The translations under genes were made by a program, and so were the position numbers. From a virus, in IMG/VR virus record IMGVR_UViG_3300007511_000019: a stretch of DNA of 64,000 nucleotides, one strand, 5' to 3'. Below, piece after piece: positions 36,001-44,659 of the stretch (position 1 is the first letter of the stretch; every line of letters begins with the position of its first letter). The notes beneath the pieces were generated by a model, which saw nothing but the letters and a program-made list of their open reading frames with translations, searched no databases and was not told the DNA's origin.

Positions 36001-36094
36001 GACCGGAACCAGCTTTGTGGCCGGTCGGGCGAAGGCCGTTGACTTTGGTCGTACAGGTATTATCCAAACTCCGAAGGAGCCTCCCAAACCATGA
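33032..36094 (+). CDS. rpoC: RNA polymerase beta' C-terminal (rpoC2-like) subunit, interrupted by an intein
   Basis: [12 protein letters not shown]...KKGLSKLL matches beta' at AILNEILP...KKAISKML. Further matches are [25 protein letters not shown] to [41 protein letters not shown] to TRRLVDVAQDLVVTEDD, and [23 protein letters not shown] to [23 protein letters not shown]. Confidence 0.85.
   Translation: [1020 protein letters not shown]
33665..34843 (+). mobile_element. intein (393 aa) with a LAGLIDADG endonuclease domain in RNAP beta'
   Basis: It begins [10 protein letters not shown] (Cys1, Hint block A) directly after the GFL of the GYL|TRRL-equivalent site, and ends ...NGAIVSN with Ser at +1. 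LAGLIDADG-like motifs are [14 protein letters not shown] and [12 protein letters not shown]. There is no penultimate His. Confidence 0.65.
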
Positions 36095-36204
36095 TCGATC
36101 CTACCGCCGTATTTGTTGAAATCGCTTTCGGTCTCGGACTGCTCGGTAGCATAGTTGCCCTTGGGGCGTACGCAATCTACCGTATCCTCAAAATCAAACG
36201 ATGA
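36091..36204 (+). CDS. unlisted 37-aa single-TM peptide, ATGA-coupled to the beta' stop and to the next gene
   Basis: MIDPTAVFVEIAFGLGLLGSIVALGAYAIYRILKIKR has a hydrophobic core plus a basic tail. Its ATG at 36091 overlaps the TGA at 36092-36094, and its own TGA at 36202-36204 overlaps the ATG at 36201. Confidence 0.4.
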   Translation: MIDPTAVFVEIAFGLGLLGSIVALGAYAIYRILKIKR

Positions 36205-36383
36205 GCAAGACTACCTACAAACAGTGCAGGCTCGAGAAAAAGATGCCTGGAGCGTTACAACGAAAAGTTACTCACCTCCCTGGTAAGTTTGCCAAGGTAG
36301 GTAAGGTGTTAAAACTCAAAGACGATCAAGGTGACTGGGACGCCGGTTGGAAGGTTGTGTCGGTAGACACATTGCCAAAATGA
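36201..36383 (+). CDS. small basic protein (60 aa)
   Basis: It is ATGA-coupled on both sides. Confidence 0.35.
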   Translation: MSKTTYKQCRLEKKMPGALQRKVTHLPGKFAKVGKVLKLKDDQGDWDAGWKVVSVDTLPK

Positions 36384-37024
36384 ACGCACAAGAGCTAGGG
36401 AAAGCGACAAGAGAGAAGCAGGCCGTTGTAGCCCACGGCCAGCAAGGCTCTCCGTACATGCAGGGTGGCCCGATGGGTCAGCAGAGTTTTGGCGGCTTCG
36501 GCCAACAAAGCCAGGCTCAGGCACCTGTGCAAACTCCTGGAATGTCGCAGTACGTACCACAACGTTTCCAGCAACAGTTCAAACAACAGCCTGGCCGCAC
36601 CTGGGGCCAGTGGTGGAACCATGTTCGTAGTCCGCAGGGCCGAAACGAATATCACCAGTACCAAACCCCCGATAACCTCGACGCCGGTATGAACTACGGC
36701 TGGGCAGCAATGTCAGCTAATCCTGCCGGTATGGTATTCGGCCCACTGGGCGAGGCTGCCAGCTGGGGTTTGTACGGTATGCCGAGCAAAGCACAGATCA
36801 ACGATGTCAACCGTCCTGGCAGCTATATGAATGCTTACCACATCGACCCCGATATGAGTGCTGGTGAGAAATTCAGGCGTGTCGGCGGGGCAGTTGCCCC
36901 TTGGCGATGGGCTTCCGGAATGAAAAACGTCTATCACGAGGCTCAGAAGGGCCAGGCGGCCCACCAGGCAAATAAGCCTGAGGCCATTCGTAACATGCCA
37001 TGGATTCATAAGGACTGGTTCTAA
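36380..37024 (+). CDS. Gln/Gly-rich hypothetical protein (start at the ATGA overlap; the tracker start is 36347)
   Basis: Low-complexity N-terminus (QQGSPYMQGGPMGQQSFGGFGQQSQ) with aromatic-rich C-terminus. Confidence 0.4.
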   Translation: MNAQELGKATREKQAVVAHGQQGSPYMQGGPMGQQSFGGFGQQSQAQAPVQTPGMSQYVPQRFQQQFKQQPGRTWGQWWNHVRSPQGRNEYHQYQTPDNLDAGMNYGWAAMSANPAGMVFGPLGEAASWGLYGMPSKAQINDVNRPGSYMNAYHIDPDMSAGEKFRRVGGAVAPWRWASGMKNVYHEAQKGQAAHQANKPEAIRNMPWIHKDWF

Positions 37025-37077
37025 ACCCTCAAAGGGTTTACAATCAAAGTCGAGTCCACCATTGGAGATACACACGG

Positions 37078-38229
37078 ATGTCAACCAGTTTTAACATGCT
37101 CAAGCTGGCAGCACAGGCCCGAGTAGCCCGCGAGAAGCAAGCGGAAGGTGAAGGCCCTGGCCTTAACGAGGGTATTGGCAACATTCTCGGTACGCTCGGC
37201 GGTGGAGCTGCTGGTGGGTTTGCTGGTGCCGATGCTGGCGACTATCTGGGGCACTTGTTGGGCCAAAAGAACAAAGACCTTGTTGCAGGCAACGCTGTAA
37301 TGGATCACCTAGGCCGGGCCGGAAAAGGCCTTAGCGGTTTGGCTGATCGATTTGGTAGTGCCACCAAGGCCGTTGGTAAGGGTGCCTTGGGCAGTGGTTT
37401 GGCGTCCGCACCAGGATTCGCGGGCAAGCTGGCCAAGTACTTGTCGTTGCTTCGCCGAGGCGGTGCAGTAGGCGGCGGACTCGCTGGTATCCTCGGAGGT
37501 GCTGCACTAGGCGGTTCCGCGTTGAGCGGCGTCGGTAGCTACTTCGACAAAAACAGTTCAGAGAAACGAGCCAACATCGGTATCCTCAAAGGGCTCGGTG
37601 GTTTGGCCGATGACGCTATCCGCTACGGCGGCAAGGCTCTCGGCTCTGGCTTCATGACCGGTATGAAACAACCTGGGCTGATTCCGAAGGGACTTACCCT
37701 GGGTGCTTACGGTATTGGTGGTACGGCGGCTAACGAAGCCCTTGCTTCTGCTGGCCTACCGCATATCGGCGGTTCAGAACACTGGTCACCACACCGACAA
37801 GGTTTGCGAAACCAGGAGGCTAACGCTCGCGGACCACTTGCCTCACTAACACAAATGGCCACTCGGCCAATTCAGAGCACCATGCACGCGATGGGCTGGA
37901 CACCACCAGCTGGCGGTGCTGGCGACTTTATCAACAACATTGATAAAGGTGACGCCACCGTTCAGTCGCAGGGCTGGGATCCCCAGACCGGGGAGGCACG
38001 CTACCGATTTGGTGGTGGCGGCAAGGGTCAAATGGACCCGGCCTTCCTTAGCCGCATGGAGCAGATCAAACGTGACGTGGCCCAATTAAAGGCCATGGGC
38101 ATCAGTATTGACGGCTTGGGCGGCGACGCCCCGGGTCGAGGTGGCAGCGGATCCGGCGGCGGCTCCAACAGCCATATATTCCGTTTTGAAGACCAACCAC
38201 CGGGCCTTTCTCTGGGTTCTACGTACTAA
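37078..38229 (+). CDS. Gly-rich putative internal virion/ejection protein
   Basis: The protein is 383 aa, dominated by GxGxxG-type glycine-zipper segments. Confidence 0.4.
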   Translation: MSTSFNMLKLAAQARVAREKQAEGEGPGLNEGIGNILGTLGGGAAGGFAGADAGDYLGHLLGQKNKDLVAGNAVMDHLGRAGKGLSGLADRFGSATKAVGKGALGSGLASAPGFAGKLAKYLSLLRRGGAVGGGLAGILGGAALGGSALSGVGSYFDKNSSEKRANIGILKGLGGLADDAIRYGGKALGSGFMTGMKQPGLIPKGLTLGAYGIGGTAANEALASAGLPHIGGSEHWSPHRQGLRNQEANARGPLASLTQMATRPIQSTMHAMGWTPPAGGAGDFINNIDKGDATVQSQGWDPQTGEARYRFGGGGKGQMDPAFLSRMEQIKRDVAQLKAMGISIDGLGGDAPGRGGSGSGGGSNSHIFRFEDQPPGLSLGSTY

Positions 38230-38234
38230 AGTCC

Positions 38235-40670
38235 ATGGACGGCAGAATGAACAACATCTCCGCACTTCGTAAGAAGCTCGCAAGCTACAAAATGGATCGT
38301 ATGAAATTCGCGGCCATCGGTGGCGATCAGGAGCAGGGCTTCGAACAGTCCTTCGCTAGCCTCGCCTACGCCTACATACAGGACAAGGCCCCCGGTCTTT
38401 TGGACTACATGGTGGGCTTCCAACTTGTCGACCGCAACGATGACAACACCAAAGCGGTTGGCATTTTTGGTTTTAAGGTAGGCCCGCAGTGGGTATACGC
38501 ACCAGTCTTCTTCATCAACGGCGACTTGAAAGGGCACGAGCTGCTCTACATCAAGAACAAAGACACCTTTGTCCCGATGAAGGAAAACTGGATCAACTAC
38601 CTGCTCTCCAACCGCCCGCATATTCTCGGCGAGCCGACTCCAGATAACGAGAACCAACTCGGTATTCTGCAGCCCGATCTTACGGACATGTCCAATCCTC
38701 CCGAGGACGGCAAGTTCGCTTCGGATCGTACACGCATTCCGAAACTGCCTAAGCGGGCACTCGACGAGGTTATGCCTAAGCTAGCCTCCTGGGCGACTAA
38801 GAATCCGTACACCCTGACTAAATTCGCTGGCCTGAACGATCGTTCAGGTCTTCAGGATTTTCTCAAGTCGGACGTTCGCCTGGTCAAGCTGGCCATGGAC
38901 ATCGCCAAGTCGTACCCGTCTGTCAAGTCGGCAATGCGGCAATTTTATGGGCCTACGCTTTTCCGGGACGTGCTCTTGGGGATGCGGAAAGAGGCCTCCC
39001 ACTCGTCTATCCTGGACGCGGCCAGCCAACCAGCACAATCGGTAGTCAGTGGTGGTATCCTCGCCAAGGAAGCCGCCGCAGACAAGGCTCCCAAGGTCAA
39101 GGTGATCACAGATCAAGTGACCACCGAGAACATGCCGGAGCTGACAGAGACCGAGCGAGGCAAACTATTAACCGACAGCTACTTGATCAAAGATCATCGA
39201 GACGGGAAAGAAGTCTCGCGAGTCTACAACACTCAAGTCGAGATGTCGTTGGTCAACCCAGACTGCACAGATACCTACGAAGTCCTAGTCAAGCCAAACG
39301 GCTTCGAGAAGTGCTTGGTGATTCATCACCCGCACGGACCAAGAGGTCGTAAGCCTCACTGCGTCGTAATTCGTCTTGACGGCAAGAAAAACTACTGCAA
39401 CGTCCACAAGACCAAATTGTTCGTGAAAGAACAAGCACGCGGTAAGTCTGACGTAGAGGAGTGGGCAGACTGGTACAAGAATAACGGCAGTGACAGGACC
39501 GATCTGCGAAAAGGCACTGTCGCGGTTATCGTATCAGACAACGGCCAGGGCACCTGTGCTTTCGAAGTCGAAGAGGACTTGGGCGACGATTGCTACCAGG
39601 TCTACTGGAAGGATTACGGCGGAGACACCCGACCTGATTATCTTCCCGACGTGGATTACGACCGGGGTATTGACACGTGCAGCAACGATTGTGACATCAT
39701 ATATTTCAATCAACGCGAGGGCTCTGGTTTTAAGTCGGTGAACGGCAAACTGTATATCCCGCCGGAAGCCAAGGTTGTAAAGATCCACGACCCAGACAAG
39801 TGCAAGAAATGCAGTAAAGAAGAATACGACTGCACCTGCGAATACTTCCGCCGCGACCACAAACGTAAGAGTGATCCTGTCAAGCCAGGCAACCTAGTTG
39901 ACTTGCAGATGGAGATCATGCAGAAGTCGGCGTCAGGCGAACTGCCGCAGTTGAAGATCATCGTAGACAACCAAGAGGTTTGCGTTAACCGTGCACGCAT
40001 GTCCAAGAAGGCTGCCCTCTTCCACCTAGTGGTTGAGCATGGTTTGCGTGAGAAGGTTGCTAAGCGAATGATTCGCGAAGCGGAGCTAGACCGCACAGGC
40101 GGTAAACGCTACTACGTCAAGTACGCCCAGCCTTATCCGGCCATGGAAGGTCCTGGTGCTCCAGGTATGCCTGGCCCACAATACGGCATGGATCCAGCGT
40201 ACGGTGGCGTTCCAATGCAGAACCCGCAAACCGACTACATGGGTGTACCGGAACTCAGTGCGGGCAACACTGACCCGTCAGTGTACGATCCAATGCAAAA
40301 TATAGACCCCATGGCCATGCAAGTGGCTCAACAGGCAGGACAAACGGGACAGAAAGAAGTCTTCGACACGGCTATGCTCTCGAGCATGCTCAAGGCTGTA
40401 CGGGAAGACTCTATCGTAGATCGTTACCTTGGCGACCTGATGAAAGCATTGGATCGTCTAGGCAGAATCCTGTTTATGTTCTACTGGCACAACGAAGAGT
40501 TCACGGGCCGTTACGGTAAGCAGGACTTACCGGAACTCGAAGATACTCTACGTAACGCTTTTGAGGTCATGGGTGACCTAGTGCTTTGGCTGAAAGAGAA
40601 AACTATCAGTCCTCTCGGAACAGCCGTTGAGGCGGGCGTTCCGGGTATCGACGAAGCTGCGAGGAACTAA
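38235..40670 (+). CDS. large virion protein, possibly the portal
   Basis: The protein is 811 aa and sits at the head of the morphogenesis block upstream of the scaffold and capsid genes. The assignment rests on size and position only. Confidence 0.3.
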   Translation: MDGRMNNISALRKKLASYKMDRMKFAAIGGDQEQGFEQSFASLAYAYIQDKAPGLLDYMVGFQLVDRNDDNTKAVGIFGFKVGPQWVYAPVFFINGDLKGHELLYIKNKDTFVPMKENWINYLLSNRPHILGEPTPDNENQLGILQPDLTDMSNPPEDGKFASDRTRIPKLPKRALDEVMPKLASWATKNPYTLTKFAGLNDRSGLQDFLKSDVRLVKLAMDIAKSYPSVKSAMRQFYGPTLFRDVLLGMRKEASHSSILDAASQPAQSVVSGGILAKEAAADKAPKVKVITDQVTTENMPELTETERGKLLTDSYLIKDHRDGKEVSRVYNTQVEMSLVNPDCTDTYEVLVKPNGFEKCLVIHHPHGPRGRKPHCVVIRLDGKKNYCNVHKTKLFVKEQARGKSDVEEWADWYKNNGSDRTDLRKGTVAVIVSDNGQGTCAFEVEEDLGDDCYQVYWKDYGGDTRPDYLPDVDYDRGIDTCSNDCDIIYFNQREGSGFKSVNGKLYIPPEAKVVKIHDPDKCKKCSKEEYDCTCEYFRRDHKRKSDPVKPGNLVDLQMEIMQKSASGELPQLKIIVDNQEVCVNRARMSKKAALFHLVVEHGLREKVAKRMIREAELDRTGGKRYYVKYAQPYPAMEGPGAPGMPGPQYGMDPAYGGVPMQNPQTDYMGVPELSAGNTDPSVYDPMQNIDPMAMQVAQQAGQTGQKEVFDTAMLSSMLKAVREDSIVDRYLGDLMKALDRLGRILFMFYWHNEEFTGRYGKQDLPELEDTLRNAFEVMGDLVLWLKEKTISPLGTAVEAGVPGIDEAARN

Positions 40671-41086
40671 TGAGCGTACCATACACCAACAAGCTGATTT
40701 TTACTGCACCCAGCGGCGAGCCTACGTGTGTAGCTATTGATGCTCCGCCTCGTGGTGCGGTCACTAAGCTTGTAGTCAAACAAGTTGACGGGGCGTTGGC
40801 TGGTTTCGACGTGGATCTTTACGACTCCGAAACCGCATGCAGCTCACTCTCGTCGTCGTCAGGCGACGTGGATGACGAATTACACCGTGTCCTTGCTACG
40901 GATACGGTTTCAGCGGCTGCCGATATTTCCGAGCGATACGGGATTGCGGCTCCGTATACCAATCAAGACCCTCGTGATGACCGACAAATACCGACTTCAA
41001 AGCTTTATCTAGAGGTCGTGCCCGCAGGTAGCGGTGTCAAGACTTTCCACGCCAGCTGGACTATTACCGTCGCTGAGCTTACGTAA
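40670..41086 (+). CDS. hypothetical protein
   Basis: ORF of 138 aa. Confidence 0.4.
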   Translation: MSVPYTNKLIFTAPSGEPTCVAIDAPPRGAVTKLVVKQVDGALAGFDVDLYDSETACSSLSSSSGDVDDELHRVLATDTVSAAADISERYGIAAPYTNQDPRDDRQIPTSKLYLEVVPAGSGVKTFHASWTITVAELT

Positions 41087-41109
41087 ACCAATTGTCGCTT
41101 ATGGGATTA

Positions 41110-42128
41110 TGAACACACGGCTGCTTAGCAAAGAGTTCCAACAGTTTGATCCTTATCGTTCGCCAGCATGGCGTTACGAAGAGGCTGCCCGTCTGAACGA
41201 ATCTCGGCTACGTGACGCGGAGAACAGTGCCCCGGATAACGAAAGCCGGGAATGCGTTAAGTTTCTTCGAGCATGGAACCGGTGCACACGAGGCAACGTA
41301 ACGGACAACACGGTTGAGGAACGCAAGCGGCGACTCGCCCTCAAGTTCCCCGGGCTGTTCTGGGCGTACATGGTTTACTCACGCCCAGAGGGCGACTGGA
41401 TTCGAACAGAGATTGACGCCCGCGTACTTGCCGGGCAAACCGACGAGGAAATTGCACAAAAAGTAAGCACACGCCCCGAAGCCATCAAATGGTACGAGGC
41501 GTTGTGGTTTAACGTACGAGACCGGCTAGCTAACCAAGGTTACATTTCCAATCACATCATCGGCCCTACGGTGGGTTTCGGATTGACTGGCAGCACCCTG
41601 GATATGTCGGCTAAGTTCTTCGGCTACTTCGGTGGCCCGTACGTACTTGAATACATACTGCGGGGCTCCAACGGGACTGTGGCAAAACCGTCTAAGCCAG
41701 ATGACGACGTGGCACCGTTTTTCAATGCACATTGGGACGCGGCGGTTCGTCGACGATCAGCTGAGGCGGCAAATACATTCGACGTTAACCAGTTCAACGT
41801 GATGCAGCTGTTTGACGTTCACGAACGGCTTATTGCTGAGGCTAACCGTCGAGACGAGATGGACGGGGCAAAGACCCCGATCGAAGAGAATGTGTCAGCC
41901 ATGCTTATGTCCATTCCGTGGTGCGTAGGCAAAGGCCGCAAACAGGTATTGGAAGCGTCTCCACTTGGCGAATATACTGGACACGCAGCGGAAATTCGTG
42001 CAGACGACATGTACAAGATCGCCGCTGGTGAGCCGGTCCCGCACTTGGCTGATCTCTCCGAGCGAAAGTTGCGGCCTCCTAGCAAGAAGGAAAACAAAAC
42101 CGATGAAGACGATGGGCAAGGAAGCTGA
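41110..42128 (+). CDS. hypothetical protein (internal ATG start)
   Basis: ORF of about 339 aa. Confidence 0.35.
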
Positions 42129-43476
42129 GCAGCTCGTCCTTGATTCTATCAAGGACATGTGCAGTGAGGTTAACGCAGGCTCGGATCCCACAGATGCCGC
42201 CGTTAAGGTAGCTGAGGATCGCGGTCTGTCCAAGAACTTCATCAAGCTCATGTGCACTGGGTATAACTCCGGTGCTTCAACATATCAGCGGGAGTCGGGG
42301 AGCGGCGTTCTCGAGAAATTCGCCGAAGTGCCTCTCTCCCGCACGGAACAGGTTGTGGAGAAGTTGTACCCTTCACAAGTCCTGTCACCAGCGGAAGAGA
42401 AAGCTGCTGGTGCCGTGTCTGCCGAATACTCGCAACCTGTGCAGGTGTTTGCCAAGGAGGCCGAAGCCGACAGCAAGAACCTCTTGGCAGTCAACTTGAA
42501 AGAAGCCTACGGTATTCAAGACCAGGCTCCTGTCGAGATTCCCGTAGCAGACCAGATGAAGCGGGCCTACAGTGAAGCCTTGAGCATGCGGCGAGACCAC
42601 GAATTGTCTCGCCGCACATACACGCGGCTCCAGGATGAACTCCTGTCAGGCATTAGCCGGTTGACGGACTACTTCAAGGTCAGTTCCTACGATCGCAAAT
42701 GGACGCTCGAGGAAGTCGACTACGCTGTGAGTGAGCGGTTTAGCAAAGCTGGATCATTGCTGATGCAAGCAGTGACCTCGCGGTTGCCAAAAACCGAAAA
42801 GCGAGCCAGCGGCCCACCGAAAACCGTTCGGCCTATCGAATGGAACGACACCCCGTTCAAACTGGCAGCTTATTGCATCGACAAGGCCAAACAGGTCAAT
42901 GTGATCCGGCAGGACTTCCGTGACAACGAAGCCCACCTCAACGAGAAGATTGCGGAGACCCTCCGCCCTTTCGACTCAGCCCCTACGGAAAAGAACGACG
43001 GGATTTTGAGCCAGCCAGCTCAGGAGAAAGAAGCGTCCTTTCTGGGGGCCATGTTAGGAAGCGGAGCAGTGCGAGGAGTTGCCTCGACCTTGGGCAGCCC
43101 GCCGGACCGGGGCAACATGGTGCAGGGTATGGCGGATGATCTGGCTGATCCTGCTCACGAAGCCCAGCTACGGCAGATCCAGACGCAGACGATGCTTCAG
43201 GATCTAATGAACAACGACGAGGTGGTTTCCGGTTACGACCCTGACACTGTGGCCGACGCCTTCAACGAGATCTCCGAAAGCATGCCGCGAGCGTCCAACC
43301 GCGTAGCTTTCGTCCGACCTCTGTTGCGAAAGCGTTTGACCCAGGGTGCCATGGAGCCGTTTGAGGCGGCTGAAATGGCCAACATCGAGAAGACCCTCGG
43401 ACAGTCTGAAGACTCTCAAGTAAATCCAATGGCGAAGGAATCCGATGTCCTCAAAAACCGATCGATCCTGGACTAA
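42103..43476 (+). CDS. hypothetical structural protein (start at ATG 42103 with RBS AAGAAGGA)
   Basis: ORF of about 457 aa. Confidence 0.4.
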   Translation: MKTMGKEAEQLVLDSIKDMCSEVNAGSDPTDAAVKVAEDRGLSKNFIKLMCTGYNSGASTYQRESGSGVLEKFAEVPLSRTEQVVEKLYPSQVLSPAEEKAAGAVSAEYSQPVQVFAKEAEADSKNLLAVNLKEAYGIQDQAPVEIPVADQMKRAYSEALSMRRDHELSRRTYTRLQDELLSGISRLTDYFKVSSYDRKWTLEEVDYAVSERFSKAGSLLMQAVTSRLPKTEKRASGPPKTVRPIEWNDTPFKLAAYCIDKAKQVNVIRQDFRDNEAHLNEKIAETLRPFDSAPTEKNDGILSQPAQEKEASFLGAMLGSGAVRGVASTLGSPPDRGNMVQGMADDLADPAHEAQLRQIQTQTMLQDLMNNDEVVSGYDPDTVADAFNEISESMPRASNRVAFVRPLLRKRLTQGAMEPFEAAEMANIEKTLGQSEDSQVNPMAKESDVLKNRSILD

Positions 43477-44659
43477 CGGGACGACCAAGGAAGCAGCGGA
43501 AATGCTGGCGAAGGCGGCTGTAACAGGCCGCTATCGTCGTATGCACAAGCAAGCTGATCTCGGCGAGTTACTTTCTCAGGCCAAAGATGGTGTTGGCAGT
43601 TTCGTGCAAAACAACCCCGGCCTGATGGCTACGGGTGCCGGTGCTTTGGCCGGTGGTGCTATCGGTGCGGGAACGGGCGATAAAGACGACAGCATGTCGA
43701 GTCGAGCCTTAACAGGTGCTTTGGCCGGTGGTGCTATCGGCGGCGGCGGTTACCTGGCCTCCCAGGCACTACCCTCGGCGGGAAGAAACGCTGGCGAGTT
43801 TTTCGACAGCCGTGGTAACAAGCGAAAAATCCTCGACCGACTGGTGGGCGGCAACCCGGACCTAGTAAAACAGCTTGATGAACTCAACAACAGGTCCCCG
43901 GTTACCCAGGCTGTCGGCAAGACCTGGGACTTCGGTACTGGTTACGCTAAGAACCACCCGCTTCTGGCTACGTTGCTAGCAGGCGATATCGGTACACAGA
44001 CGCTGGGTACTGCTAACCGGATTATGAATCAGGGTCGAGGTAGTCTTCGCGTAGACCACTTACGTCAGGGCCTAGCCAAGGCTGTTGGCAAAGGCGGTGA
44101 AGAGTTCTTTCCGGAAGTAGCCGGTAAGCTCGACGGCGGCAAAGTCGCGATTAAAGACCTGCTCTCACAACTTTCAAGCCAGTCCGACGAACAACTAGGT
44201 GGCATGCTTCGCAGTCTCCGAGCTGGTAGAAGCCACGAAATGCTCGGTGGTGCAGGCAAGCTGAACCCCGACCAGATCCGTCGATTGCTGGAGGGTGGAA
44301 GCCAAGGCCCGCAGCGTGGCGGCGTTGATGCAGTACTGCAACTAGTCAACAAGATCCGAGGCAAGGAAGTCTTCAAGCCCATGATGGGTACAGGCTTCAA
44401 CGCCGGTGGTCAGGCTCTGCGTAGTTCACGGCCAGGCGTCCTTGGCGGTCTAGAAAACGTAGGCTACAAGGGTATGCGTACCTTGAGTACAGCCAAGAAC
44501 CCCTTCGGGCGGTCACTTGCGGGTCGACTGGGACCCCGTGCTGCTCTATACTTAGGGATACCGGCCCTCGCGGCGTACTGGGGATTGGGTAGTCAAGAAT
44601 CGGCCAACCAGTCCAAGTACCAGGATTTGATGAGGCAACTGTCGGAGAAGGTACGATAA
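43445..44659 (+). CDS. Gly-rich putative internal virion protein
   Basis: The protein is 404 aa with glycine-zipper segments. Confidence 0.4.
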   Translation: MSSKTDRSWTNGTTKEAAEMLAKAAVTGRYRRMHKQADLGELLSQAKDGVGSFVQNNPGLMATGAGALAGGAIGAGTGDKDDSMSSRALTGALAGGAIGGGGYLASQALPSAGRNAGEFFDSRGNKRKILDRLVGGNPDLVKQLDELNNRSPVTQAVGKTWDFGTGYAKNHPLLATLLAGDIGTQTLGTANRIMNQGRGSLRVDHLRQGLAKAVGKGGEEFFPEVAGKLDGGKVAIKDLLSQLSSQSDEQLGGMLRSLRAGRSHEMLGGAGKLNPDQIRRLLEGGSQGPQRGGVDAVLQLVNKIRGKEVFKPMMGTGFNAGGQALRSSRPGVLGGLENVGYKGMRTLSTAKNPFGRSLAGRLGPRAALYLGIPALAAYWGLGSQESANQSKYQDLMRQLSEKVR

